NCBI GenBank assembly: GCA_951406725.2
Contig: OX597815.1
Coordinates: 153,450,001-153,514,000, forward strand
Direction of reading: 5' to 3'
Source of the DNA: Octopus vulgaris
Taxonomy: Eukaryota
DNA length: 64,000 bases
This document shows, piece after piece, positions 28,672-40,737 of this stretch (within the stretch, counting starts at the first letter, position 1; the number at the start of each line of letters is the position of its first letter). The position numbers and the translations under genes are program-made. The notes beneath the pieces were generated by a model, which was not told the DNA's origin, searched no databases, and saw only the letters and a list, made by a program, of their open reading frames with translations.

Positions 28672-28915
28672 GAGGGCCCTGCAGTGGGAGAGGAGCATGA
28701 GGAAGAGTGGAAGGGAAGGGCTTGCAGTGGGTGGAACACATGAGGGAGAAAAGAGGGGAGGGGCCTGCAGTGGGTGGGACACATGAGGGAGAGTGGCAAG
28801 GAGGGGCCTGCAGTGGGAGGGACATATGAGGGAGACTGGAGGGGCCTGCAGTGAGACTGTAGGGGAGGGGCATGCAGTGGGAGGGACACATGAAGGAGAC
28901 TGGGAGGAGGGGCAT
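28672..28915. repeat. Degenerate purine-rich minisatellite (about 37-40 bp unit)
   Basis: About 6 units similar to GAGGGGCCTGCAGTGGGAGGGACACATGAGGGAGACTG. Confidence 0.75.
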
Positions 28916-31780
28916 GCGGCATATATTGGGGAGATGGGGGAGTTTTAACAAAGGTCAGATAATGCCTGTGCATGTGAGATGGGGGTAGGTTTATGAAGGA
29001 CATTTCTGTATGTGTGGATGGCCATAACTTTACTTAGCTTGACATGTGATCTCAAGCACAGCAGGTCTTGGTCTCTTGTCATCTCTGTGAGGCTCATCCA
29101 GCTGTAAAAAACAATGCTAAAGCAGACACTGGAACACCAAGCAGTTCTCAGACCACTGGATCTTGTCAAACTGCCCAACCGTAACAGCATGAAAGATGGA
29201 CATTAAAAGACAATGACTATACATATAAGCAGATATCATTAACCTCATCATTTAACATCCATTTTCCAGACTGGCATGGGTTCAGTCATTTGATTGAATC
29301 CAATGCGTTGGTAGAAGTATCATGCTCTAATGTCTGTTCTGGTATGGTTTGTATGGTTGGATGCCCTTCCTAATGCTAACCACAGTACAGAATGTACTGG
29401 ATGCTTTTTTTGAGGCACCAACACTAGTGAAGTTGCTTTGCACCTTGCAAGACTAATAGCCTAAAGGAGAATAGAAGAAAACATGAAAGGACTCTAGAAA
29501 AGGAGACAAAAGAGAGGGTAAAGTATGATGAAGGGATAAGATAGTTGAGAAAGAGTAGTAATGAAGAGAATAACAGAACAGACACTATTGGAGGAGTATG
29601 GAAGGAGTAAGGGAAAATGGATTAACGTCAGGGATTAGTGAGAACAACCAAATGATAAGGTGGGTTGTGTCTGGAGCTATTCCACATTGCTAGAATGAAT
29701 AAAGAATGAAAATGTGACAGAGAAAGGAACATGACAGAGGGTGCTGAGAATCTGGAGAGATTCACTGAAAGGGGATAGAGTGAGATATGGAGAGGCTGGA
29801 GAGAAGAGATCATAGAGGTTGGGAAGCACAGAATGAAAGTAGTAAAAACATCCCAGATGGAGAGGCTCGGTGAAAGTAGCAGCAGAGGAGTGGTAGACTG
29901 CAGCAAAAGCATCCCAACCACGAACCATAAATATATATCTTTATTCAAGGTGGTGTCCCAGCATGGCTGCAGTCAAATAACTGAAACAAGTGTGTGTGTG
30001 TGTATAGTCATCATCATTTAATCTCTGTTGCTCATGCTGGCATAGGTTGGACGGTTTAACCAGGCCTGGTAAGCTGAAAGGCTGTGCCAGACTCCAGTCT
30101 GATTTAGCATTGTTTCTATGGCTGGATCCCCTTCCTAACACCAACCACTCAGAGTGTAATGGGTGCTTTTACATATTACTGGCACAGGTGCCAGTTGTGT
30201 GACACCAATATGTGCCATGACTATGATTTTACTTAGCTTGATGGGTCTTCTCAAGCACAACATATTGCCAAAGGTCTCAGTCATTTGTCATTGCCCCTGT
30301 GAGGCCCAATACTTGAAAGGTGCTTTTGCTTGGCAGGTCCTCTCAAGCATGGCACACACAAACTCTTTCTATATATACATACATGCATGCATACATCTGA
30401 CAGACTTCTGCAGCACAACTCCCAACAACCAAATTACACTCACAAGATTTTGGCTGGCTCAAGTCTATGAGGAAGTTACTTGCTCCAAGTGTCACACACG
30501 GAAATTTAACCTGGGACCATGCAGTTGCAAAGTGAACTACTTTAGCCACACAACTTTGCAAAGGACAGTTGAATGATAAGCAAATGGCTAAATATCAGTC
30601 AAATGGCAATGGTTTCCTTTGACATAATGAAGAATGCATGCATGTATGGATATATGTGTGCATCAACATCCCAGATACTAGTAGCACTCTACTGTAATCA
30701 TTTGATAGCTGTTCAGCACAAATAGAAGTATTTACTAGCCTTGAAACAAAACCCAGTCTTAGTAATACGATTTTAATAATGTAAATAATATGATGTCTCA
30801 GAGATTTATCAACAAAATAATTTATATTTATATCCTAGCTATGAGTGGAGGTCATGGCTACTGGCCAAAGATAAATAATGAAATATTAATGGAAACTTTT
30901 AAATATCTTTGGTAGTTGGTTACCATGCTTCAGTACTTTATGCAAACAATACCAGAAATCACTTAATAATTTCACAAAATTAGAGGTAATTTGAGTGTAT
31001 CCCTGTCAAACCATCCAACCCATGCTAGCATGGAAAACAGACGTTAAACGATGACAATTAATTTAAACATAATATAGTCTAAATAAAGCAAATTTGGGAG
31101 TATTAAGAAAAAATGTTTTTACAATCATCAAAACTAAAAATCTATATAAACCAAGTTTTTTAGCCTAGTCTTGAAGCAATTGAAATTCTAATTTGTATAC
31201 TGAGTGGTATGGGGAATGAAGGATTATTTTAGTTTTAATATTTGGATATACCAACTGGGATTTTAAAGTGGATTTACAGAATATGAACTGAATGGGACTG
31301 CAAAATTATAATGAATATAATGGAATAGTTTAGCCTGTACCATTTTATAAATGTATTCTCCCGAGGAACAGAAATAGCAACATTAGCACTAACAGTTCAT
31401 CACCAATTGTTTCATGTTAATGTGACTGTTTGTGACAAATATGCATTATTGCATCTTTCTATAAATATTGATTCTGTATTATCTCCTGACATCAAACCTA
31501 TCAACACCTATTGACCTTAATCTCTTTCAACAGCACAAAGACACAATCATTACACATCAAAGGGACACACATTTAATGCACCTAGTGTGCAGACAGTATA
31601 ACATGCAAGGAAAGCTTAAACTATTTCGAAACCATGAAATGATAGCAAATGAAAGGGCTTACACTCTTTTGTATACCATATTTAGAGGAAATATTATGGT
31701 CATCAGAGCAATTGATACAGTGATGGAAGTTAGTTGGCAGCATGGCTCAAAATGTTGATACATCTGACAAAATTCAATAC

Positions 31781-31822
31781 CTTCTTTATATCTATCTTCA
31801 TAATGACCTTTGGTGACAAACC
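31781..31822 (-). CDS. Candidate internal 42-nt exon of the divergent gene (GLSPKVIMKIDIKK or GFVTKGHYEDRYKE, depending on phase)
   Basis: Acceptor AATTTTTCAG| and donor AAG|GTATTG; open in the two frames compatible with the upstream donors; no homology recognised. Confidence 0.3.
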
Positions 31823-32750
31823 CTGAAAAATTTGTTAGCTTGTTTATAAACAGCAGCCTAAAAACATTGTGGAACATCCAATCCCAATTGAGTGAGAGGA
31901 AAAAATTTAGAGAAGCTCATAACACAAGGTTAGAGTGAAACTTTTGCAGCAAAGCAATAGCAAACATTATCAACAGTAAATGTTCCTAAGTCAAAGGGGT
32001 TGATAGTCCGGTGGAGGTGAAGTTGGGTACCAAAAACAAATTTCCTGATATAGTCTGGAAGAATGTTTTTGAGGATTCAGCATCATTTAATGACCACTTT
32101 CCATGCTTGCATCAGACAGAATTTGTTAGGGCTGCTTTTCTATGACTAGCTGCCCTTTCTGTCACCAACACTCACATGTGTCCCATTGTCAGACATATTT
32201 TTCACAGAAAACTGGAAACAAACAAACATCACTTGTATGACAGTGATGCTCATTTACACCCATGTTAGGAGATTTAGACAAAGGTACACTTCCTCAGAAA
32301 ACAAAGTCAACTTACTTGGGGGTTGACAACAGAAAGGGCATCCAGCATGTGGAAATCTGCCTCAACAAATTCAGTCCAACCCATGTGAGCATGGAAAAGT
32401 GAACGTTAAAGCAATTATACATACACACATGCATAATGCAAAATGCAACCAGCACACTCTGTATAGTGGTTTGTGTTAGGAAGGGTATCCAGCCATAGAA
32501 ACCATGCCACAACAGACAACTGAGATCTGGACAGCCCCCACACCCAGCTGACTAGCTCCTATCAAACTATCCAACCCGTGCCAGCATGGAAAACAGATGT
32601 TAAACAATTATATATTTATATATATGGCCCTTGCGCAACGATGACAAGCAAATTCGTGGAGCGTTCCATATTTTTCTGAAATGCTTTTTATAAAATTATT
32701 TTAGCATTTTCTACCTAGACTTTTTTTCCCCATATATATATATATAAATT

Positions 32751-33257
32751 GTGAAGTATATTTGCTACCTAAATATGGTTAACCCTTAAGAGTTGATGCT
32801 ACTGTAGCTTGTAGCCCCAGGAAGACATCTCCTCCAGTTGGCTATTGACACACTATCTGTGCCCTATCAGTATTTGCAGAGAGAAGTCACCGTTCCCATC
32901 TCCAGCTTGATGTGATACACACAGACCCGAGTTTCTGAATTTTGACCCATCATCAGCATGTGACAACCACCGGTTAGCAATAGGAAGTGAGTCTCAATGC
33001 AAATATATATATATACTTTTTCCAGTGACAAAAAGTCACTGATCTCAAAAAAGTTGAAACAAACAATACCCAGAAACTCGGGTCCATATGTATCACGTCA
33101 GGCTGGAGATGGCAATGATGACTTCTCTTTGCAAATACTGATAGGGCACAGATAGTGTGTAAATAGCCAGCTGGGGCAGATGTCTTTCTGGGGCTGCAAG
33201 CTACAGTAGCATCAACCCTTAAAGGTTAGCCACATTTAGGTTGCAAATATACTTCAT
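32751..33257. repeat. Long inverted repeat (arms 32751-32937 and 33071-33257)
   Basis: Arms of about 187 bp are diverged reverse complements, e.g. GTGAAGTATATTTGC / GCAAATATACTTCAT and GACCCGAGTTTCTG / CAGAAACTCGGGTC. Confidence 0.92.
32918..32962 (-). ncRNA. Minimal type I hammerhead ribozyme, fully foldable
   Basis: CACAUG-CUGAUGA-UGGGU(CAAA)AUUCA-GAAA-CUCGGG-UC-UGUGUG; perfect core, GUC cleavage triplet, stems I and II pair with G-U wobbles. Confidence 0.85.
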
Positions 33258-33323
33258 GATGTCGTGCAGCTACTGTTTATACATTGCTCAGAGATTTATT
33301 ATCGCTTATATACATATATATAT

Positions 33324-33622
33324 GTGGAGGCGCAATGGCCCAGTGGTTAGGGCAGCGGACTTACGGTCGTAGGATCGCAGTTTCGATTCCCAGACCAGGC
33401 GTTGTGAGTGTTTATTGAGCGAAAACACCTAAAGTTCCACGAGACTCCGGCAGAGGGTGGTGGCAATCCCTGCTGTACTCTTTCTCTACAACTTTCTCTC
33501 ACTCTTTCTTCTGTTGGCCTGCTCGCTTAGCCAGCAGGGTGGTGTCATTTGAAAGCTAAAACAATGCGAAGCGCATTGTGATCAGCGATGTGTAGCAACA
33601 TTTGATAGCCTGGTCAGTCACA

Positions 33623-33626
<4 letters not shown>
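33324..33626 (+). mobile_element. Young tRNA-derived SINE of another family
   Basis: A-box TGGCCCAGTGG, B-box GTTTCGATTCC, CpG-rich body, flanked by (TA)n. Confidence 0.85.
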
Positions 33627-33658
<32 letters not shown>

Positions 33659-34168
33659 CATACACACACATACATGATAACCTGAAGAACAGCAGCTGAC
33701 CACTGATATCTTGTGGAGGTGAAGAAAACCTGATCCAAAATTTTGCTGTGTGGGAAATGAAAAAATGCTATGTAAAATTGAATGTAATGGGAATTAAATT
33801 GATTTCTATTTCTTTTTGTTAGTTTTCTAAATGAATGTTTCTTTCCAGAGTAGAGGTGGGTTATTATTTTCTTGTCCGTAAGTTGAAACATTTTAATGGG
33901 AAAAAGTTGCTTAAGTTTGCCATCAACACAAACACTGAAGGGAGTTAAACCTTAAATCTTTGTTTTGCATTCATTTAATTTATATTTTATATATAAAAGA
34001 GTTGTTACAGGATGGAGCTAAATAACGTATAATAAAGAGTGAAACAAAAATGTGATTTGAGAGTAAAAAAATAAATAAACATGATGGCAAAACTGTGAAA
34101 GAGAAAAGAGGAAGAGGTGTTAAAAAATGGAATTCTGAAGAATTTTCTTTTTTTCAAGAATGAAATGG

Positions 34169-34569
34169 GGATCTTTTCGGTTTGAACGGCAGTTTTTTAA
34201 AAATAATTTCCACTTTTAAACTTCGTATACTGGTAGAATGTGTTTATAAAACATCTTTTTCTCTTGGCTTTATTGAGAAAATTCTATAGTTTGTAAGATA
34301 TTTGTTTTTTTTTGTTGTTTTTTTTCAATTTCTGCAATTTCAACCAATCAATGACGTCTATTGAGGTGAAAACATTCTGTGCCGTATGAATATGTCCCTC
34401 GTTTAAGAAATAGATTGGGTTTATTTACATTTCTGAAGAAAAAAAGATACCCTTTCCCCACCCCTAAAACAGATTGAAATGCTATAGATCGATACTAGGG
34501 TCATAATTATGGGTGACAATTTCATATGACACCGCTAGAAAAAAACTGCCGTTCAAACCGAAAAGATCC
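34169..34569. mobile_element. MITE with perfect 30-bp TIRs and 8-bp TSD (Merlin-like)
   Basis: TIR GGATCTTTTCGGTTTGAACGGCAGTTTTTT at both ends; TSD TGAAATGG at 34161-34168 and 34570-34577. Confidence 0.93.
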
Positions 34570-35690
34570 TGAAATGGTAACAAATGAAGAGAGATGAAAG
34601 TGAGTGGATAAGAAAGTTGAACATCATGGATTAAATCTTTTGCTTTTTTAATTCAAATTACAAGTCTATCAGAAATGCTAATGACGGAGGAAGAAAATTT
34701 AATGTTGAAAAGTACGATGAAAGAAAGTGGGGTGATTTTTTTTTTCTCTAAAAATGCGATTTACATGAGTTTCTTTAAAATGTGGAATACAAAAACATGA
34801 AGTAAACGTAAAATTATATTTCTGGCAGCTGTTATGATGGCGGTGAAGCAGACGTTTAAAAAACATGGGTTTTAATTTTTTTGAAGACCTCACCACCGCC
34901 AACATTGATCGAAACGTACGTAGCTTACAAAAACTTGAGAAAATCTCAATAAAAAGGGAGAAGTTATTATTTATGTGGGGGTAACTATTCCGAAAGTTCG
35001 CCACTAAATATTATTATTATAAATGGTTAGGATACAAAAAAAAAAAAACTATTGACAGTCTACGCTGAGAAATAATGTATAACAAACAGTTCAAAAGTGG
35101 GATAAGGTTTGCCGTGAGGAAGATGAATATATCGCATAAACCTGGGACATTGTGCTTATTTAAGTAATCAATAAACAGATGTGGCAACTTCACACAATAT
35201 GTTCGTTAATGTTCCCCGTCCTTTACTTCACTTGTTAAGTGAGCGAAGAAGCTCCTACTTAATCGCTCGCCCTGTTTGAAAATAGTTTGTAAAAAAAATC
35301 TCTCTTCAAAAGCTTCCACATCGTTTTGAAAATAAAGTTCGTGTTTTAAAACACGGCATCTTACATCAGTACATATAGGATGGATAAAACTGGGATGGTC
35401 ATTGCTGCGAGAATGACGAAACGATAAATTTTGACTGGAAACGAAACGCCATTCATTTTGTTCAACGTGTGTTGAACCTGTTGATCGTTCATACTACAGG
35501 TTCAAACTGCTCACTTCAGGGCCATAATTCTAATCTAGAAAAAGTTGATTATAGCTACAGAGCTATTCAATAAAAATAAGTTATTAGTAGGCAGTAGATT
35601 GTTAATAAGCTGATAAGAAACTTTATTTAGTTATGTAATAAATATGCAACATAAACACACATACTATATATATACATACATACACGGAGG

Positions 35691-35755
<65 letters not shown>

Positions 35756-36332
35756 GAAAGGCTATATATATATATATATATATATATAGTAGATGAACCC
35801 TATATTACAAGGAGTCCTCGAGGTACACTATACCAGGCCATCTGTCTCACCTCTCCATATAGCCCTACATAAAAGGTAGTCCGTATTTTACTAATCGGGT
35901 TGTTCCCATAAGGTACAGAGCAATGTAGAACTACGATAAACACTATTCGGTCTACACCACTACAGACTCTTTCAATCAACATTTAAAAACATGGAGAGAA
36001 AAAAAAAAGGAAAAAAAGAGCCCGAGAAAACTGGTGGCGATCTGCGTTGGCAAGAATTTTGTAAAATGAAGTTCATGATTTCGGATAAATTTGTAGGCAG
36101 TTGGGAAAAGGGAAGAATCTGTCTCTTAGGGGTCAGAGAGTGTAAAATTATTTTCTAATTTCAGACGAAGAGAAGGCCCTATAATGTTAGATACAAGTTT
36201 CCCCCATAGCTTACGAAGTTCTCCAAACACACGAACTACTAACATGGTCAATGTGGACATCACATGCAAAGAAACAAATGGACTTATTGCCTATGCATAC
36301 AGAAAATCTTCGTTTATAATCAATAAAAGTAC

Positions 36333-36411
36333 CTACTATTTTTTTCAGCTGTTCTGTTTGTGTAACCGGCTTAGGATCACTATCAAAGCCACTGTCTTCC
36401 ATACCATCCAT
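36333..36411 (-). CDS. First coding exon of the divergent gene (MDGMEDSGFDSDPKPVTQTEQLKKI[V]); probable FAM219A-family protein
   Basis: Minus-strand acceptor TTTGTTTTATGTTAG| opens the exon at 36442; ATG at 36411; donor is either ATA|GTAGGT (end 36337) or TAG|GTACTT (end 36333). Identity is inferred only from the head-to-head position with DNAI1. Confidence 0.65.
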
Positions 36412-37034
36412 CGGCAATGTGAATTGTAAATCCAGATCGTAGCTAACATAAAACAAACGGGGGAGTGGAAAATTAAAATAGTGATGGAGAGCAAAGAAAG
36501 AGTAAATAAGATTCCAGTAATTGAACTGTCTTTGCTATTATGTCGGACTATAACAGCAATAACGATCAGAGAAGTATTGCCAGAACATTTTAGGCAAAAG
36601 GAAATTAAACGAGCAGCAGTAAACAATATTTATATCAGGAATCCCACGAATGCAACTACCGGAAGTAGAATTGTAATCATGTGACAACAGTAGACGAATA
36701 TTATTTACCGCTTGGTAAATACACGTCTCCTGTTCGCAAGTTCGATTCTGTGTTTAGATCGATCGATAATTATTGTCACTATATATATTTATATTAAATC
36801 GACTTCTTTCTCTTTTCTTTTAATTTCTTTTCATCATAAAACTTGTTTCCGAGCGATCTTATTAACAGATTATTTTATAAATTTTTTTTTTCAGGTAACA
36901 ATTCTAACTTGTAGTTCTTTAAATTGTATAGCTATTTCCCGGATAAATATTTCGATTAAAAACAACATTTTTAATTATATTTATTTGTAATTTTACTCCA
37001 GATTCACAACGAAAACGTGTTTTCTGTTCCTTAC

Positions 37035-37080
37035 CTTCGTAAATAATCTTGGCTTTCACCTCGTGTCAACCGTGATTATA
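37035..37080 (-). other. Putative non-coding exon 1 (5' UTR) of the divergent gene
   Basis: Strong minus-strand donor GAAG|GTAAGG at 37034, just downstream of the X-box on that strand; start coordinate approximate. Confidence 0.55.
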
Positions 37081-37085
37081 TTTAT

Positions 37086-37100
37086 GTAACCCATAGCAAC
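37086..37100. promoter_or_regulatory. RFX X-box (GTAACCCATAGCAAC) in a bidirectional promoter
   Basis: Matches GTNRCC-N0-3-RGYAAC; lies upstream of a motile-cilium gene; CCAAT (37134) and forkhead-like TGTTTGC (37140) nearby. Confidence 0.8.
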
Positions 37101-37173
37101 TAACGCACACCTTACATTTATAGATATCAAGCACCAATTTGTTTGCGTTAATTTCTCAATTTACTCTTTTAAA

Positions 37174-37203
37174 ATGCCATCCAAATCTTTAAATAAGAAA
37201 GCG
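37174..37203 (+). CDS. DNAI1: DNAI1 coding exon 1 (MPSKSLNKKA)
   Basis: AAAATG start 74 bp downstream of the X-box; 30 nt ending at donor GCG|GTACGT; phase 0 joins the downstream exons in frame. Confidence 0.7.
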
Positions 37204-39365
37204 GTACGTATAACGTAGAACTTTTAAACGTTTTTATTTTTAATCAATGTAAATTGCCTTCAGTTTATTGGCTACCTTAGCGTAACACAACACAATTCAA
37301 ATCGTTTAGTAACTGATACGCCTGGGCTGGCAGAAAATGCAATTATACATCAAAATTAAATAATATATATGTTTTAATCTTATTCTTACATATGAATATT
37401 CCTTTTAATTACCTTTGATATTCAGTTTAATTATCTTTATTTGAGACAATTAAGGTAATTCTAAACTGGTGGAAATAGTTAACTGCTCACTAGATTAAAC
37501 ATATTAACACTAACTTCTTTGCGTGCGTGCATGCGCCTCTGTGTGTGCGCGCGCGTGCATATGAGTGTGTTACTTATTCTCAAAACAATTCGATTTATCT
37601 ACATCAACCAGTGTACTTATGCATTTCCTTAGTGGTTCTTTCCTCGCTACTACAGCAAGTATGGTGAAGTCTGCATGGCTGATAAATAAAAAATAAGTCT
37701 AAAACATGTTCGAAGTTGTCTCCCCTAATTATCGAAATATTTGAAATATTGTTAGTCCTAGATTTCTTTTTCACACTGTATAATTATTTCTAGTTAACGT
37801 TTTCATGTTCCTGATACTAAATATGTCCACACAAACCTAGTATCAGAGATTGTTTCAATTACTGTTAAATACAAATTTTTCAGATTAATCAAAAAAGAGG
37901 AAACATACAGAATATAAACTTTGCATGGGTAAGGATTGGGCTGTTAAGAGAGATAAAACTAACGGATAAAATGAGTTAATATTTAATCATATTGTTGTTA
38001 ACTAATTACATTATATAAAATAATCCATTGGTTTCCTAATTTAATATATTATTGATTTTTCAATACTATGCAAAATGATTTAACAACTACTTCAAGAAAT
38101 GGACATTATTTCTATAAATAACCACTAAGCTGTGAAGTAAGAGTGAAAATTATTGTCAACGAAATAGACCGAGGTTATCTGAATATTGTCTTGTGTTGAA
38201 GTATAACTCAATAGCCGTAGATTTGTGTTCCTGAGCTTTATGTTTATTCAGAAATTTAGTTATCTTAACTTCTTATCATTTCGTTTCACATTTCTTACAA
38301 ATGGAAAATTGTTCAAGTTGTATAACTGATGTTGAATTATTTCCATTATAACCTTTATAAAACAACTTGGATGTTGAACCTCAAACTATTGTTGTACTAG
38401 AAAGAAGAAAGGGCCGATATTCAAGAATATAATTTTCTTTGTCTATTGAATTTCAGATATTCTTTTACTGACTTTTAAATAGTAACACAGTTTTTACAGA
38501 GTAAAACTTGTTTCCCCTGGTGTGATGTATAATTAAATGGCAAATGTATGCTTTATTTTGATCATTTATATACTATAAGATGTAGGTATGGCTGTGTGGT
38601 AAGGCCAAGTGTCTTCTGCATTAGCCCTAGACCAATCAAAGCCTTGAGTGGATTTGGTAGATAGAAATTGAAAGAAACCCATTGCATATAATATGTGTGT
38701 GAATGTGTATGTGTGTGAGATTGTGTCTCCTTATTTTGACATCATACTATAGTTATAAATGAACATTGCCATCATACAAACTTCCATGAAAATATGTTCA
38801 ACCATGGAGACCTATTACCTAGCTGAAAATAGGTGCAGGTTGATGACAGAAAGGGCTTCAATGAATTCCATAAGATTAATGTATGTATGGAAAAACAATG
38901 ACAATGATGACAATTTCCTTTCCTTTTCTTATTTATTCTTTCTCCATTCTTTATTGTTTACTTTTGTAAAATGCCTTCTTTTTTATTGAAATCCAAAAAT
39001 CAGTATTTGAATACCAAAAGTTGGATGCACAAGAATTGACTAGACACTTTTGTTTGTTTTTTTGTATCATGTGAAAACGGTTTTATCTTCAGTGCATAAA
39101 AATCAATAAGCTTCTTCTTCAAAGAGTTAAAAACGGTTGTGTAATTAGTGAGACGTGAGGAAATGCATGGGTTATTTCAAAGAGTGAATGTCCAACTTAT
39201 ACCACATCTGTAAGACATATTACAGATACTTATTATTACTTTGACTATGTCGATCATACAATAGAAAAAGGTAGAATGTATATAAAATGAAATTAAATTT
39301 ATTCTATGTTGTATCAAACATAGATATCAATATCATCTGTCATTGCTTCAATATTATCAATTTAG

Positions 39366-39422
39366 AGCACTCAGATTACAGGAAATGCAGATATGTTGCG
39401 AAGGAGAATGACAAAAATCAGG
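39366..39422 (+). CDS. DNAI1: DNAI1 coding exon 2 (STQITGNADMLRRRMTKIR)
   Basis: Acceptor ATTTAG| and donor AGG|GTAAGG; 57 nt, phase 0-0; basic segment positionally equivalent to human SISIGRGTRKR (recalled). Confidence 0.7.
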
Positions 39423-39891
39423 GTAAGGTTTTAATAAAATAATGGTATGATAATAAAAACTTTTAAAGATTAACTTTCTATAAGTAGAAATAACATTTCT
39501 TGTGAAATTAATTTTCATGTAATTTGATTTTATATTCTTTATTTGCTTTAACTAAACCACTGTTGTAAGCATTCAGGCCATGCCCCTGGTTTGAGGATAA
39601 CTTATTGCTTTTTGCCCTGCTATCTCAGAGAGGCCCAGAAAATGTTCATAGGCACTGTCCCTTCTCCCTTGACTAACTCGTAAAAAAAAAGATAAATATA
39701 AATATAATTAACTATTTGTATTTAATTGGGATATTAAGTTTTTACTAATGTATCTATTAACATGCTGCTTAAATCTTCTGTTATGAGTGTTAACACATTA
39801 AGGCCATTTTACAATCATTAAATTTGATTAATGCTTTCAATGCTTTATTAGGATATTATTTTCAACTAATCAATATCTCTACCACTGTAAA

Positions 39892-39929
<38 letters not shown>

Positions 39930-40704
39930 CATAAACAGCAAAGGTAAGTGAATGAACAATGAATCACTCCCAGGACAGGGTATTAGTTTATTGAGAGAGA
40001 GAGAGAGAAGGGGGTTGGACTTGCAGACTGTTTGCAGTATAACATAGACATGGCATACCGTAGGTATGTTGTTTGTATCCTATCTGTGGGGTTATTTGTT
40101 TTGTTTTGTTTTTACAAATTGGTTCTTATATTGCTTAATATAATTTTACATTGAAAAATCTTATCAATTAAATCATTCGTAATCTAATACATGAAATAAT
40201 TTTTCATCATAAGCATAAATCAAATTAAGGTGAGAGGTACTTTACTACATGCAGTATTAGTGTATATATTATATAATATATGGAATTTGACGTGTCCTGC
40301 TTTGAATAATCATCTCAGCCCTGCTGGGACACCATTTAGAAGGATATGATCAATTGAATTGACCTCAGTATTTATTTTAAGTTTGGTACTTACACCATCA
40401 GTCTTTTTTTGCTGAACTGCTAAGTTGCACAGATACAAATAAACTAAGATCAATTAGTGATGAGAGACAAACACATACACACTTACATACACACACATAT
40501 GTACGTATATATATATATAAATATATATATATTAGAGAGTATAACTCTAAACTTACAGGGAAAAATTCAATTTAGTATTAAATCAAATTTCACAGTATAA
40601 ATATATAAAATATAAATTAGAGATAAAACCACTATGAGTTGCATAATAGTGGTTTTATCTGTAATTTATATTTTATATGTATACATATATATATATCATC
40701 ATTG

Positions 40705-40737
<33 letters not shown>

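Larger units (their letters stand above)
34850..37750. promoter_or_regulatory. CpG-retaining, repeat-poor promoter domain
   Basis: By eye, CG dinucleotides are frequent here but scarce (decayed to TG/CA) in most of the window; spans both gene starts. Confidence 0.6.

Noticed and set aside
28672-28915. CRISPR-like periodicity
   Set aside because: Degenerate tandem units with no unique spacers, no cas genes, and a eukaryotic context.
28181-29003. 256-aa and 154-aa Pro/Ser-rich ORFs
   Set aside because: They arise from a pyrimidine-rich minisatellite strand lacking stops; no domain or splice support.
33324-33396. tRNA gene-like sequence (also other SINE heads and 3312-3384)
   Set aside because: No complete cloverleaf, and each runs into a repeat body; these are tRNA-derived heads.
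36481-36684. Short + strand ORFs in the promoter region
   Set aside because: They lie antisense in intron 1 of the divergent gene, with no homology or splice support.
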